Source: Paraspadella gotoi
Taxonomy: Eukaryota; Animalia; Chaetognatha
Length of the DNA: 64,000 bases
Direction of reading: 5' to 3'
Assembly: GCA_051294375.1 (NCBI GenBank)
Contig: CM119267.1
Location: forward strand, 3,925,260 to 3,989,259
The notes below the pieces were generated by a model, which was not told the origin of the DNA, searched no databases, and saw only the letters and a program-made list of their open reading frames with translations. A program made the position numbers and the translations under genes. Below are positions 11,901-23,372 of this stretch, one piece after another (the stretch's first letter is position 1; each line of letters begins with the position of its first letter).

Positions 11901-12294
11901 GCTCGCCGACGCCGACCGCGTCTACGTCAGACGCGACGGCCATTCGACGCCGCTCCAACCGCCCTACGACGGCCCTTACAACGTCCGAGAACGCGGCCCA
12001 AAAACTTTCAAAATTGAAATTCCGGGTCGCGGCGTCGAAATAATTTCCGTGGACCGATTGAAGCCGGCCGTCACCGACGAGCTCGCGCCTCCTGATCCAC
12101 CCCCGGCGCGCCCACGCGGTCGTCCCCGTCGATCCTCCGCTCCCCCTGCAGCTCCACCTCCGGAAACGGAAGCGGCGCCACTGGCGTCTTCCACGACGCC
12201 GCACGTTTCTCGACGTCAATCCTCTTCAATTCCCGGCCTTTTAAACATTCTTCCGACGATGCTCCAGCCGCCGGAAGACGACGAAGACCAATGA
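8965..12294 (+). CDS. pol: Pol (protease-RT-RNase H-integrase), with frameshifts near ~9080 and ~10680
   Basis: Begins in the -1 frame relative to gag with WLVDGSSE; PR C-terminus ILGADFL; RT LRPCGDYRRLN, MPFGLKNA, YLDD; RH VDASDVAVGAVL; IN H-x4-H...C-x2-C, HIDLVGP, TDRGAQF, NGMVER, GPY motif. Confidence 0.92.
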
Positions 12295-12359
12295 CGACGC
12301 AATCCAATAATTCTCTTTCAAAACCTTCTTCCCACCGGTCAAAGGCTTGGTGGGGGATG

Positions 12360-12564
12360 TGTGGACAAACACGCAAACCTCGGTCAAACCAGTGACCTTA
12401 CCTTCAACCTTACCCTCGATCGTTTACTCTTTCTCGTTGTGGTCAAACTTTGACCTTGTAAATACCATTGTTATAGACTTAGCATCTGAGTCTTTTATTG
12501 TTATCGTTATTAACCCTATGTTGAAGAATAATTCATTCTTACTCTGAAACTTGTTGCGTCCACA
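12360..12564 (+). repeat. 3' LTR
   Basis: Near-identical to the 5' LTR, with a ~10-bp deletion near its start and a few indels/transitions; followed by the ATAC TSD. Confidence 0.95.
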
Positions 12565-12766
12565 ATACTTATTTTAATAAAAAAATATTTTACCCCTTAG
12601 GATAGATTATTGAAGAAGCTTTTCGAGACCTAACTGCACGCTCCTCGCTACCATGTCGCCCAATAAAAATATTTTTTTAGGTAAAACTATTGTGAATATT
12701 AAGTTTAAACGAAAAATGACGTCTCAACTTTTTTACGACTTTAAATCACTTTAATGTAAAAACTAA

Positions 12767-15700
12767 TAAAAAAATCTTAAAAGCAATAGGGATCGAGCCA
12801 GCTTTCACACAGAACACCTGTATATTAAAGAGATAATATCTCTGCTATCACATAATAGGAGGCTGGAAGTCAGGTGGAATATTGGCCTTAGTGTGGCTTA
12901 ATTGAAAAATGACTACAATAAATGCTAGTGAATTCGATAATTACCAAGTTATTATAAAAATACACAAGCCAGTGCAATTCCAAATGGGATAAAAAATCAT
13001 TCTCAGGGATCCTCAAAAAGTTAAATATAATAGTCATAATTCCTGTTCACGCTTTTATGTTCCATTATTTTTTCATTTCGATAATAACCCCGTTCTTGTA
13101 AAACATAGCTTCCTTTCACCACTCTACTATCCACGATCAATCAGCCCGCCGACACTGGGGTTCCCAGCTTTCGAGGTGGCAGGGGGATTCTGGCGCGAGG
13201 GCAAGCGCAAGATCTGGCGTACTCCTGGTGCCCTTCAAATCGAGTACCCTGGACCTTCGTATAGGGAAGTTCTAACACTATAACCATTGACAGGTTGAAG
13301 AGAGGTCGGTCTAAACGATGCTAGGTCATTTCAATACAATATTTTTATAAATAAATTTCGTCGCAGTTGATGGGTTCGAAAGTCTGCCCCAACCCGGCTC
13401 ACCTACGCCATCGCCGGCCGCCGAATTAGACGCAAAAGCCGGCGGGAAAGAATTTCTCGATCGTCACTGGACTTGTATCAAACGCATCGACAGGACTTCA
13501 CTCGAAAACTGGGACTCAAAATCTCGTCGATACTTCATGGAAATCTTTTTAAGTGTTTTTATTGAATTGAATGAATGAACGTCTTTGATTGCGATTACAG
13601 AGATCTTGTGTAATGTTTATCCGTGCTGCTTCAGTCGCCTGTGAAAGGATTTTTATACAATGTGATTCTCACGTCTGTTCCCTTCTATCAAACGCCGGAG
13701 GCCACCGAATGTCTCAGTTTGGCATGTTTCGGTCTATTTTAAACAAGGTACATAGCATATACGTATGTATTCAGATTTAAATAAAGTAAGAGGCATCAAT
13801 ATGATTTGTAATTTTAAAGACAGCGTGTACACAATGGGAGAGGTGCAACGTGACAAAGAGACCTCAGCTCACCAATTTGGTGAAGCGGTTGACGGGGCCG
13901 GAGCACCAGACCGCCGACGAAGGACCCGCGATGTAGCATTAGTCTTGAATGGGTGTGCGATCGATCATGGCTATGTTACACCACCATATATATTGGAGAT
14001 TCCGCGAACCGTACTGGGTGACTAGGATGGTTGTCTTTATAGCCGAATCCTCCTGAACGGGCAAGGTTAGTGCTGTGCGTGGAGTGCGACTTGAAGGTGT
14101 TCGAAAGTTCTGATCCGCAGGATCCACAAGTCAATTGATATTAGGCGGCACAAGGCATGGACCGCGCAGGCCCCGACAGAACCGACGCCGTACCCGCGCT
14201 CGGATACTTTGCTGTCTTCTCCAGAAGAATCGGTGCGGGTTCTTTGACCTCCCCAGTGCGCTTTAGGATATAATGGGGCTTGGTCCTTGATGAGTCCCTG
14301 GAAACGATGGCGGGAAAAAACGGTCATCACACTTCCCTAACATGCTGTCGAGCAATGAGCAGGTATTTGTTAAGATTGACGGGCTGGAGGCTTCTGGTGA
14401 GTACCCCCGAGCCATCTGAAGTTAAAGAAGTCACTATGGGACATGGAAACATTGTGGGCTGGGCTATGACCCCAAATCGACCGAACGAAGTATTTCCTTC
14501 AACGCCGTGAGTCGACCGAAAGGCGGGGGAGATGGAACTTCCTCTCGAAGAAATTGTTGTCGTCAACGCTTCAGTCTATTCACCTTTGGGGCCCTAGGCA
14601 TCTCAAATGTATACTGTCAGGCAGGTTATTGCTCCCAGAAAGCTTTGTAAGGCCGATGTTGGTTGGATGACCTCTTCCCTGAGGAGATAAACCAAAGCCT
14701 TTAAACGGATGGCTGTAGACGTCTGCCTAGCTTGTCCTCTGAGTCCCCGAGTCCCCAGGTGGAAAAAGACCTCACCCTAGCACAAAAAATTCGACAACGT
14801 TCACTATTTTTGTTGATGCTTGAGCCGTGGCCTTAATGGGTCGCAGCTTATCAACGAATTTGTTGATGAATATGATTTTGTCCATGTGAAACATATTTTT
14901 GGTGCTAAGGCGGACGTGTTACTCCTTTGAATCGTCTGCCAAAAGTTATCGCGAACCACCATTCCCCGCTCCGAGATGCAAGGAGCTATCTACTGGAATT
15001 GATTTGTAGCAAGTTTTTCTCAAATGTGAGGCAGACGAGAACCTGGGTGATGTGTGTTCTTTCTGATAAGATGCCTACCTGGGCATCTTGAAGATGATTA
15101 AAAATTAGGAACTACCACATAAACAGGAATTTTTTCCAATCGTTTGAAAATACCATTCATAGAGGTGCAGATGTTGACCATGGCCGTTATGTTCCACCAT
15201 AAGAGTCCAGCGGATCTCTGTGTGTTCCTCCGTTGGTATTGCATGTCAGATGATCTCCTTGGGTATCCTTGGAACTGTTTTTGCATTGTGGTCCGCGATT
15301 TCCTTAACTCGATATTCCCCTTCACATCCTTGGCCTACTGAAGAAGAAAAGGATTGGTTGTCTATGCAACTAGGATCTTCAAGTGCAATACTATGACGCG
15401 GCTGCTTGTCGCAAGGCTGTCTCAAGAATGTCTTTGGAGGAATCGGCCTTCAAATGTCTCCACATGAGAAGGTGATCAGAGCGTGTTTGCTATACTGCTC
15501 TTCTTTTGCAGAACGCTCTCAGAGGAAGCGCAAGCATGGTCCCTTTGACAACTTGAAGATGAAGATGGACAGTGAGAACCTCGGTGCTTCAACTGCTCCA
15601 GGAGAACATTTGGTAAAGAGAATTGCGATCCCTTCACCAGCTCGCCTCAGTTTCCTAGCGCTGTCGAAGTCAAAAGTCTTTCCCTTCGCCGGCCTAGACC

Positions 15701-17560
15701 CCATTATCAATGGAAGTGATGGTCTCCTGAGAGTTGGTGGCCGCCTTCAGCGCCTTGTTTGGACGAAGAGTATGATATTCGAAGCATCTATCATTTGCCT
15801 GCCGTCTTCGTGATCACCAAGATGGATCAATCCATTGGCGCCACTGCAGAGATGTGCATACCGGGCCTGACCAGGATTCTGGCAAAGTTTGCGGCGCAGT
15901 TTTGAATCATCAGAGGTCGTGCTACTTGTATCAGCGATGTACTTTCGAACGCGCACACCGGCTTGTAAGCGGGCTCATGGAAAAACTTTGCCAAGGCAAA
16001 AAGTGGCTCCTTCTATAGTCTGCGTATTTGGTATTGTGGTTATCCTTTTTGGAGGTCCTTCTTTACCCGAGAATAACAAATGCAAGGTTCCATGNNNNNN
16101 NNNNNNNNNNNNNNNNNNNGATGTAACAAAATATTGATGCGGATGATAACCAAATATTCTGGATGCGATGATAACCAAATATTGACGCGATGATAATCCA
16201 TAATTGTTTGCGATGTAACAAAATGACTGATGTGGATTGGATAATCAAATGATTGACCTGCGATGTATAGTCATTCATTGATATGATGATAATCATTCAT
16301 TGATACGATGATAGTCATTCATTGATGCGTTCATGTCATTTATCGTAAATAAAACAACAAATGCTGTATGAGTGAGAGAAGAGATAGAGAAGTGAGAGAA
16401 GAGAGAGAGAGGCTGGACAGTTTTCCCGCCAACGAAACGCATTATTATGTCTCTCTCGTTTATATAAAGAATAATCAGAATTTTTAGGAAAAAAATCCAC
16501 AAAAAATCTCGGATGTAAATTTGGATTTTGTATTGAGAAAAAAGCGCGGATAAAATGCTATAATAAAAGTTTTAAAGGATCAGCTTTCAATCAAGACTTA
16601 CTCACAATTTAGTTTATTAACTGGAAGAAAACCTGGCTTCCTTATCAATTAAGTGGTGTTATATTTTAATGAAATGTTTCAATTTTTTCCCCACTTAACT
16701 TTCCATTTTGATTTTCTTTTCTTTTCTTTCCACTTTTTGGTCCTTAGTTTTTTGTCCTTTTTTCTTCCCTTTCTTTTTAAGTTTTTTTCCTTTTCTTACA
16801 TCCAATTTTTCTTTTCCTCCTTAATTTTTTTAATTCCTCTTTTTTATCTGTTTTCTTTTTTTTTCTTTTCTTTCCTCCAATTTTTAATTTCCTCCTTAAT
16901 TTTTTTCATTCCTCCTTTTTATCTGTTTTTTTTTCATTTTCTTTCCTTCATTTTTTCTCTTCCTTCTTATTTTGTTCCTTTCCTCCTTTTTTCCTCTTTT
17001 CTTTTTTATTTTCTTTTCTTTTTTCCACCTTTTTTTTCTTTCCTATATATTTCCTTTCTTCCTTTCCTTTTCTCCTCCTATCCCTTTTCTCTTTTTTTTT
17101 ATTTCCCTCTGGTTCCAACCAGATCNNNNNNNNNNNNNNNNNNNNNNNNNNNNNNNNNNNNNNNNNNNNNNNNNNNNNNNNNNNNNNNNNNNNNNNNNNN
17201 NNNNNNNNNNNNNNNNNNNNNNNNNCAATGCATATCATTATAAGTTATTCTTCATTTTTTTAAAATGTATCCACGAAAATATCGGATGTAAATTTGGTAT
17301 TTTGTATTGAGAAAAAAGCCCCGAATAAATAGCGATAATAAAAGTTTTTAGAAGGAAAAACATAATCATAATTTTTCAAAAACAGAACGAAAAAGAAAAA
17401 AAGAAAGAGAGCCGGAACTCGTTTACTCGTTATTACGCGTTATTAGGTCATGTTCCTTGACATTGTTTACCTCGTTGCCTCGCAACGGCACGAAATCCAG
17501 GAAAAGAGAAAAAAGCGCGGAATAAATGGTAATAATAAAAGTTTTTAGAAGGAAAAAATA

Positions 17561-17599
<39 letters not shown>

Positions 17600-17789
17600 T
17601 AAAAAGAAAAACCGTATTTCTTCCAATTATATCGGTTATCCGTTGCCTCGCAACGGCGGCGTGATCTCGGTCAAGTTGATCCTATTATACACGTAACGAG
17701 AGAGAGATAATAAAAGTTTTTTAGGCAGGAAAAAAATAATCAGAATTTTTCAAAAACGAACGATCACGCAAGAGATCGTAAAGAGAGAA

Positions 17790-17852
<63 letters not shown>

Positions 17853-18018
17853 AGCTGAACAGACGCTGCAGAGGCGGAACTCGTTTACTCGTTTACTCGT
17901 CGCCAAGTGACGGTGGTGAAAAAAAAAGTGACTAAAAAAAATAGGAGAGAGAGAGAGAAGAAAAGGGAGAGGGGAAGAGAGAGAGAGAGAGAGAGAGAAA
18001 GGAGAGAGAGAAGATAGA

Positions 18019-18071
<53 letters not shown>

Positions 18072-18263
18072 AAGAAGCTGAACAGACGCTGCAGAGGCGA
18101 AGTTATTCTTCACTTTTTCTAAAATGTATCCAGGAAATCTCGATGTAAATTTGGGATTTTGTATTGAGAAAAAAAGCGCGAATAAATGGCGATAATAAAA
18201 GTTTTTAGAAGGAAAAATAATCAGAATTTTTCAAAAAACGAACGATCAGGCATGAGATCGTAC

Positions 18264-18297
<34 letters not shown>

Positions 18298-19012
18298 AAG
18301 AGAGACAAAGCTGGACAGCTGTGGAAGGCCGCTGTAACAATCACTGCAGAGCCTGAACTCGTCTTTTCTAAAAAAGAAAAAAATATATATATAATTTAAA
18401 GAAATATAAAAGAAAGGCAAAATAATGTTACAATTGTTTACAATTGGAAATTTTCCAATTTTTTCCAATCGCAGCTTGTAAAAGATTTTATTTTTATTTG
18501 TATTAAAATTAAGATATAGCTTCTCATTAAAAAGTTATTTTGAGTTCCCATTTTTATATAGATTTAAAAAAAATTTTTTGAATTTCATTTTCATATTATA
18601 TACTGAATATGTAAATTAGATTAAAGCATTTCTATATACTAATTTGGATATTATAATGAGTACTTTAATCTCATTTGCATATTGCAGTAAATCATAATGA
18701 AGTGGAAATTTAACAAAAAATACTTAAATCCAAATGTAATATGAAAATATCAAAGCTATTTCAAGATGAGAAAGCCATATCTAAATTTTTAATTACTATG
18801 ATCGCACACTTTATAAAACTTCATTGTAATTCATAATAATTTTATTTAAAAAAAAAACGGTAAAGTCCCAGCCAAAACTATAAAAGCGCAGTAGTTTTTT
18901 ATACAAAAAAGCGTGAGCCGACGACGACGACGACGACGACGACTACGTCACAAAGAAGCAATACTAAAACATTAATAGGCCTGACCCGGCTTCGCCGGTC
19001 ATGGCTCGATAA
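12767..19012 (-). mobile_element. Large HINE/Helentron-associated element, copy A (with nested Bel/Pao remnant)
   Basis: Subterminal inverted repeat ATCGAGCC (12792-12799) / GGCTCGAT (19003-19010); hairpin TGACCCGGC-TTC-GCCGGTCA at ~18982-19001; (GAC)n at ~18919-18943; 16120-19012 is largely homologous to 32305-34830. Confidence 0.65.
13350..16094 (+). pseudogene. Degenerate Bel/Pao LTR-retrotransposon pol remnant
   Basis: Broken-frame motifs: FVDA (14809-14820), TIPRSEMQGA (14958-14987; cf. Pao RNase H TIPRLELxAA), LDPII...DGLLRVGGRL (15718-15747). Boundaries are approximate. Confidence 0.7.
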
Positions 19013-19282
19013 AAAATAGTATGTTTAAAAAGCTCGGCTTTTTTCGATTTGAAAGTACTTTTTAGGCACAGTCTGATTAAAAACATAAGCGAAGGGTGCA
19101 ATAAGAAATGTAAAATTGTATTTGACCGACTTTTCAGTTTTTTTGGTCTCCTATTGGCGTTGAAATATTCTTTCCTTGTTTGGTGCGATCAAATATGAAT
19201 ATATGTATATGAATATATGTACATTGCACAATCAGACTTTGAATTATTTTATGGTGGACTAAAATCCACCAACCGTTCATCA

Positions 19283-19482
19283 GCGGCCATTGGTGCCGAA
19301 GGCAAGTCATTTGCCTCCCAACCCGAAGGTCCGGGGTTCTAGCCCGGTGGCCGCCTAGCAGTTAAGAGGGACTGGGTGCTTAACCCGCCTGTAACACAGT
19401 GTTACAGCCTGATCCGAAGCTCAGGGAATGCTTATATTGAACGGTTCTGTCACTAACACATAACAATTATCACTGTCTTTTC
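19283..19482 (+). mobile_element. tRNA-derived SINE-like element
   Basis: GCGGCCA (19283-19289) pairs with TGGCCGC (19348-19354); A-box-like TGGTGCCGAAGG; B-box-like GGTTCTAGCC (19335-19344); tail GGTTCTGTCACTAACAyATAACAATTATC is repeated at 20227-20262. Confidence 0.6.
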
Positions 19483-19541
19483 AATCTTCTCATTTGCTTT
19501 CACCAAGCAAACCAACCAATTCAATATTTTTGTTTTACTAG

Positions 19542-19880
19542 GTGGCAGAGTACTCGTGGAGGTAATTTACACCAATTTTCTTCACCTTCTCGATCTGGTG
19601 ACAGATATGAAGACTCTGGCCGATCATTTCCGTTTGGGGCCAAATAATTATTTTGGTTGGGCGTTTTTGGCGTCGCTGATCTTTCACGTCGTCGCATCAT
19701 CATCTTTCAGTTTGTTCATAATTTATAAAAACTCGGATCGTTTTCCTAATCTTTGGAAAACAAAAATAAGAAAGATGATAACAATCTCTTTGCATTTGGT
19801 TGGGTTGGGAGCGATTGTTTTGTCAACGGATTTGTATTTGGATGACGGTCGCCAAAAAGAAAATTTTCATTGCATCGTAT
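19542..19880 (+). CDS. Probable N-terminal exon of XK-related (Xkr-like) membrane protein
   Basis: Polypyrimidine tract plus AG acceptor ending at 19541; reads LHLLDLVTDMKTLADHF...WAFLASLIF...LHLVGLG, resembling the first two XK transmembrane segments (D-x-x-T-D and LH-x-x-x-LG motifs). Donor site and start codon are not resolved. Confidence 0.55.
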
Positions 19881-20976
19881 TCTACTTAAAACTATGCTTT
19901 TTTGTAATTTGTACTTAGAAATACCTAAATTATCAAAGATAATTAGTAAACTTTAAAATAAAGGTTTTCTGTAAATCCTTTCTTTCAGTGGTATTCGTGT
20001 TTTAGTGAAAGTTTGATTTTAATTTTAAACGACGATAAAAAAAAAAAAATTCAAAGTTTTAAAAAATCAAACCTTCACTAGAATAAAGTTTTAAAAAATG
20101 ATACTGGTCACTATGTGAGTGTTTCTGCCCTACTCTCACCTCCTGGTTAGGATAAATAAATAATCTGGGAATGTAGTATTGAGGAGTGAAACAGACAAGT
20201 AAATTGGCGAAGTAGGAGCTTTCAGTGGTTCTGTCACTAACATATAACAATTATCGCTGTCTCTTCATTGGTGAGCCCGACTTCCGAACACAACAGCAAC
20301 AACAATACTTTCAGGCGACATGCCTCAACCTGGCGTTGCACTTTCCGCCAACAACACATCAGGCGACATGCTTCAACTTGGTGACGAACTTTCCACCAAC
20401 AACAACAATTCACTGAAGAGACGCAACAGACTTCTCCCTACGGGAAGGGGGGATTATTTCATCCACAAACTAAGATTGTTAAATTTATTTTCAGATGCTA
20501 TTTCAAGGCATCTTTTAGTAAAGACGTAAAAAAGTAATTTTAAAAAATAATTTAAAGAAATCAAGTTTTTTGAAATTTATTTTTGGCGATTGTAAATGAA
20601 GGTCCTAATGTGGATCATACACAATTTTTCAAGGTAGGGATAAACATTTTTGCTTAATTCCAAAAAATTCAAAATTCACATGGCTATGTCTTCTAATATG
20701 AATTTTTTTATTTTGCTGATTATTTTTATGAATATTTTTACTTTGCTGATTACTTTTATCTTTTCCTTCATTTAATTTAATTAAATTTGATTTAATTTTA
20801 AATTTAACATTAAACCTAAAATGTTTTTAAACTTAATGCCGAATCCTTAACCCTAATCGCTAATCAAATTCTCAATTCTAATAACAACCCCTAACCCTAA
20901 CCTCCACCTTAATTTATAAATAAAAAAATAACTTAATTGCAAATTTAAGACGAAATAGGGAAAATAATAATAAGGT

Positions 20977-21299
20977 CAGTGGCGTGTAGAGAAATGGCGG
21001 ACCCCTCTACTAATTTTTCAGGCTCCGGGCCCCCCGCCAATCTTATCTTATCTTACAATTAACTTAACAACTCAACAACAATAAGATTTGGGTCCTTTAA
21101 AAATCACACATTATTGTCGTATTAATGTTTGTATTTTACAATTTCCTATGGGTACAAAGTATTTATAAAATTAAAAGCGAGTATTTCTCTGATATTTTTA
21201 TGGAATACATTTTTTAGTTCCATAAGCTATCCCAGGGCTCCCCTAAGAGCCCGGGCCCCTCAACTTTGTAGATGATGTCTACCCCTCTACATACCCCTG
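20977..21299. mobile_element. hAT-type MITE
   Basis: TIRs CAGTGGCGTGTAGAG / CTCTACATACCCCTG (12/15 match); perfect 8-bp TSD AATAAGGT at 20969-20976 and 21300-21307. Confidence 0.9.
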
Positions 21300-21383
21300 A
21301 ATAAGGTTACCTTTAGCAACCAGAAAGCGGAGAAAAAGAATATGTTAAACATAGATTAATTACTTCTTTTCAATATCAATTAA

Positions 21384-23372
21384 ATGAATGTTTGTCAACG
21401 AGCACATGCAGATTGTTTTTTTTTTAAAACTAAAATATTTATCCCTGTTTATTATAAGTCGAAACTATTATCCGGCGTCAACATCATTCACATTCTATTA
21501 GAATCTTATTTCCAAATGCTGATTCAAACTGGAGTCATTGCTTATTCCTTGGTGTGGTCCAATAAACAATGTATTCCAGATTTAGTTGATGTGGGCCGCC
21601 AACTCAGATCATTCCAGCATATCAAGCATTTAGAAAACAGCGGAAACATATACCAAGAAATTGACAATGGAACGATCGTTAGCCTTAATGAAACTTGTGT
21701 CTGCGACATTATTCCCGAATACTATATCAAAATTATTTGCCAGTGGAAGATCGATTTTTACTGGACCATTTTCTCTGTGGTTATATCAATGATTAGTTTG
21801 ACCAAAGCCGCCGCACAAATGAGGCTGGATTATTTGGGTCAAAATCGATTGAAGGCGAAAGGGAATTTGCTTGTCGCATTTGGAGTCCTTCAAGAAACGC
21901 TGGGCCTCTCGGTCTCTCTCTATTTCATTTATGTCAACGCATTGAGGCAATCATATTTGTTTCTCCTTTTCATCATTCCTCTAATACTTCGCGTCTTTAC
22001 TTGGACCGAGATGAGATTCTTCTTTGATTTTTTACGCCAACTGACTCGAATTGACGGCGAAATTACAACCAATCAACGGTGCATCTCAAACTCATGGTTC
22101 GAATGGTCGATCAAAAATTTTTATTCACTCTCGATTTTAGCGACGCTTTTGACTTATGAGATCCATCTCGGGACGACGTCCGTCCGAAGTAGGTGGGGAA
22201 TAGTAGTTGAAGAAACTAAATTTTTGAATTTCATAGATTTCGTTTTGTCAAAAAAGGTAAATAAAATGAATTCTGACTTCCTGTCAACAATTGCATATTT
22301 CAACACGAAACACCACTCGAATTGGAAAAAGTTTATAGAACAATTACTGAAAAAAGATCAAAGCGAGAAGCATGACAGCAATGTGACATATGGGGATGAT
22401 ATTTCAACTCACTTCAAGCTAATGCTTGGAAACCAATCTTTTTTGCATTCAAATTTTCAACGATTAGGATTGTTAGTTTTTCTGGAAGTCATGATTTCTT
22501 TGTTCTATAACACCCTCGTTGTGCTATATAATCGAAAAATCCGGGATTGGTTTTTAAAATTCGAATCATTTTGTTATTTCGGTGCAATGGTATTTATATT
22601 TTTTACGCAACCGCACCATGATAGTAGCGTTTCTCACCCTGATCCAAGGATAAACAGTTACAACAAAATGGTCGCCAACTGGTTCCCAATATTTATTTGC
22701 ATATCCCTGACCAGAGCGACACACAGATTGATCCTCAAGTTGATTGCTATGAGAATTTGTCTCCCGTTGGTCGCTTTTTTTGTTATCGCGTGTGCCACGT
22801 TGCCATTGGCAACCTTTTGGGTGATTCGTGGACCCGGAATAAAAGGACGGATTCAATCGGTGATCGACGGATTGTGCAAACGCGATGGGGTCTTCGATGG
22901 GCCCATTCCAGGATATACATGGGAGGACAGATCTTTATTATTCTACGGTTACGCTCAATTGAACTCTCTTTTCTTTTTTTATTTTACCCTTTCTTTTTTA
23001 CCCTTCTTCACTGTATGTTATTCGATCGGAAAGAAAGTACGAATTATGAAACGTAATTTAAAATTTACGTTTTACTTCTTTGTAGTTTCGGTATTCTATT
23101 GCTTTTTTTGGGCCTGTATGAAGTCTCGGGTCAAAAACAAAAAGCTGAAATCGTTTTTACGCAAACATATCCTTATGATTTTTGATCAGGCATTTAAATG
23201 TTGCTCCGTTTATCACCCCTACATGGGATGCAAGAATGTTTTCGCAATATTAAATCGACAACTATCTTATGATTACTTGTCTTATGTTGATGACTATTGG
23301 ACAAGTTTTTATGATTTTCCATGTCTGATTTTTCTGATTTTTCCTTCAGTCGTTCTGCTTGCTCATGAGTAA
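21384..23372 (+). CDS. Multi-pass membrane protein, divergent XK-related (scramblase-like) family; large terminal exon
   Basis: 662-codon non-repetitive ORF in AT-rich DNA with many hydrophobic helices; HILLESYFQMLIQ resembles XK 'EAFLESxPQLxLQ' and SVVISMISL resembles 'SxxxSLxSL'. The true 5' boundary is probably a splice acceptor. Confidence 0.65.
   Translation: MNVCQRAHADCFFFKTKIFIPVYYKSKLLSGVNIIHILLESYFQMLIQTGVIAYSLVWSNKQCIPDLVDVGRQLRSFQHIKHLENSGNIYQEIDNGTIVSLNETCVCDIIPEYYIKIICQWKIDFYWTIFSVVISMISLTKAAAQMRLDYLGQNRLKAKGNLLVAFGVLQETLGLSVSLYFIYVNALRQSYLFLLFIIPLILRVFTWTEMRFFFDFLRQLTRIDGEITTNQRCISNSWFEWSIKNFYSLSILATLLTYEIHLGTTSVRSRWGIVVEETKFLNFIDFVLSKKVNKMNSDFLSTIAYFNTKHHSNWKKFIEQLLKKDQSEKHDSNVTYGDDISTHFKLMLGNQSFLHSNFQRLGLLVFLEVMISLFYNTLVVLYNRKIRDWFLKFESFCYFGAMVFIFFTQPHHDSSVSHPDPRINSYNKMVANWFPIFICISLTRATHRLILKLIAMRICLPLVAFFVIACATLPLATFWVIRGPGIKGRIQSVIDGLCKRDGVFDGPIPGYTWEDRSLLFYGYAQLNSLFFFYFTLSFLPFFTVCYSIGKKVRIMKRNLKFTFYFFVVSVFYCFFWACMKSRVKNKKLKSFLRKHILMIFDQAFKCCSVYHPYMGCKNVFAILNRQLSYDYLSYVDDYWTSFYDFPCLIFLIFPSVVLLAHE

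Larger units (their letters stand above)
6750..12564 (+). mobile_element. Full-length Ty3/Gypsy LTR retrotransposon, CsRn1/Kabuki-like clade
   Basis: LTRs at 6750-6962 and 12360-12564 (TGTGGAC...GTCCACA); 4-bp TSD ATAC at 6746-6749 and 12565-12568; PBS TGGTGAGCCCCG (tRNA-Trp-like) at ~6965; polypurine tract GGTGGGGGA at ~12349-12357; order gag-PR-RT-RH-IN; CHCC-type gag finger. Confidence 0.95.

Noticed and set aside
7158-12376. Numerous antisense and alternate-frame ORFs in the Gypsy element
   Set aside because: Shadow ORFs of a GC-rich coding sequence, with no independent motifs.
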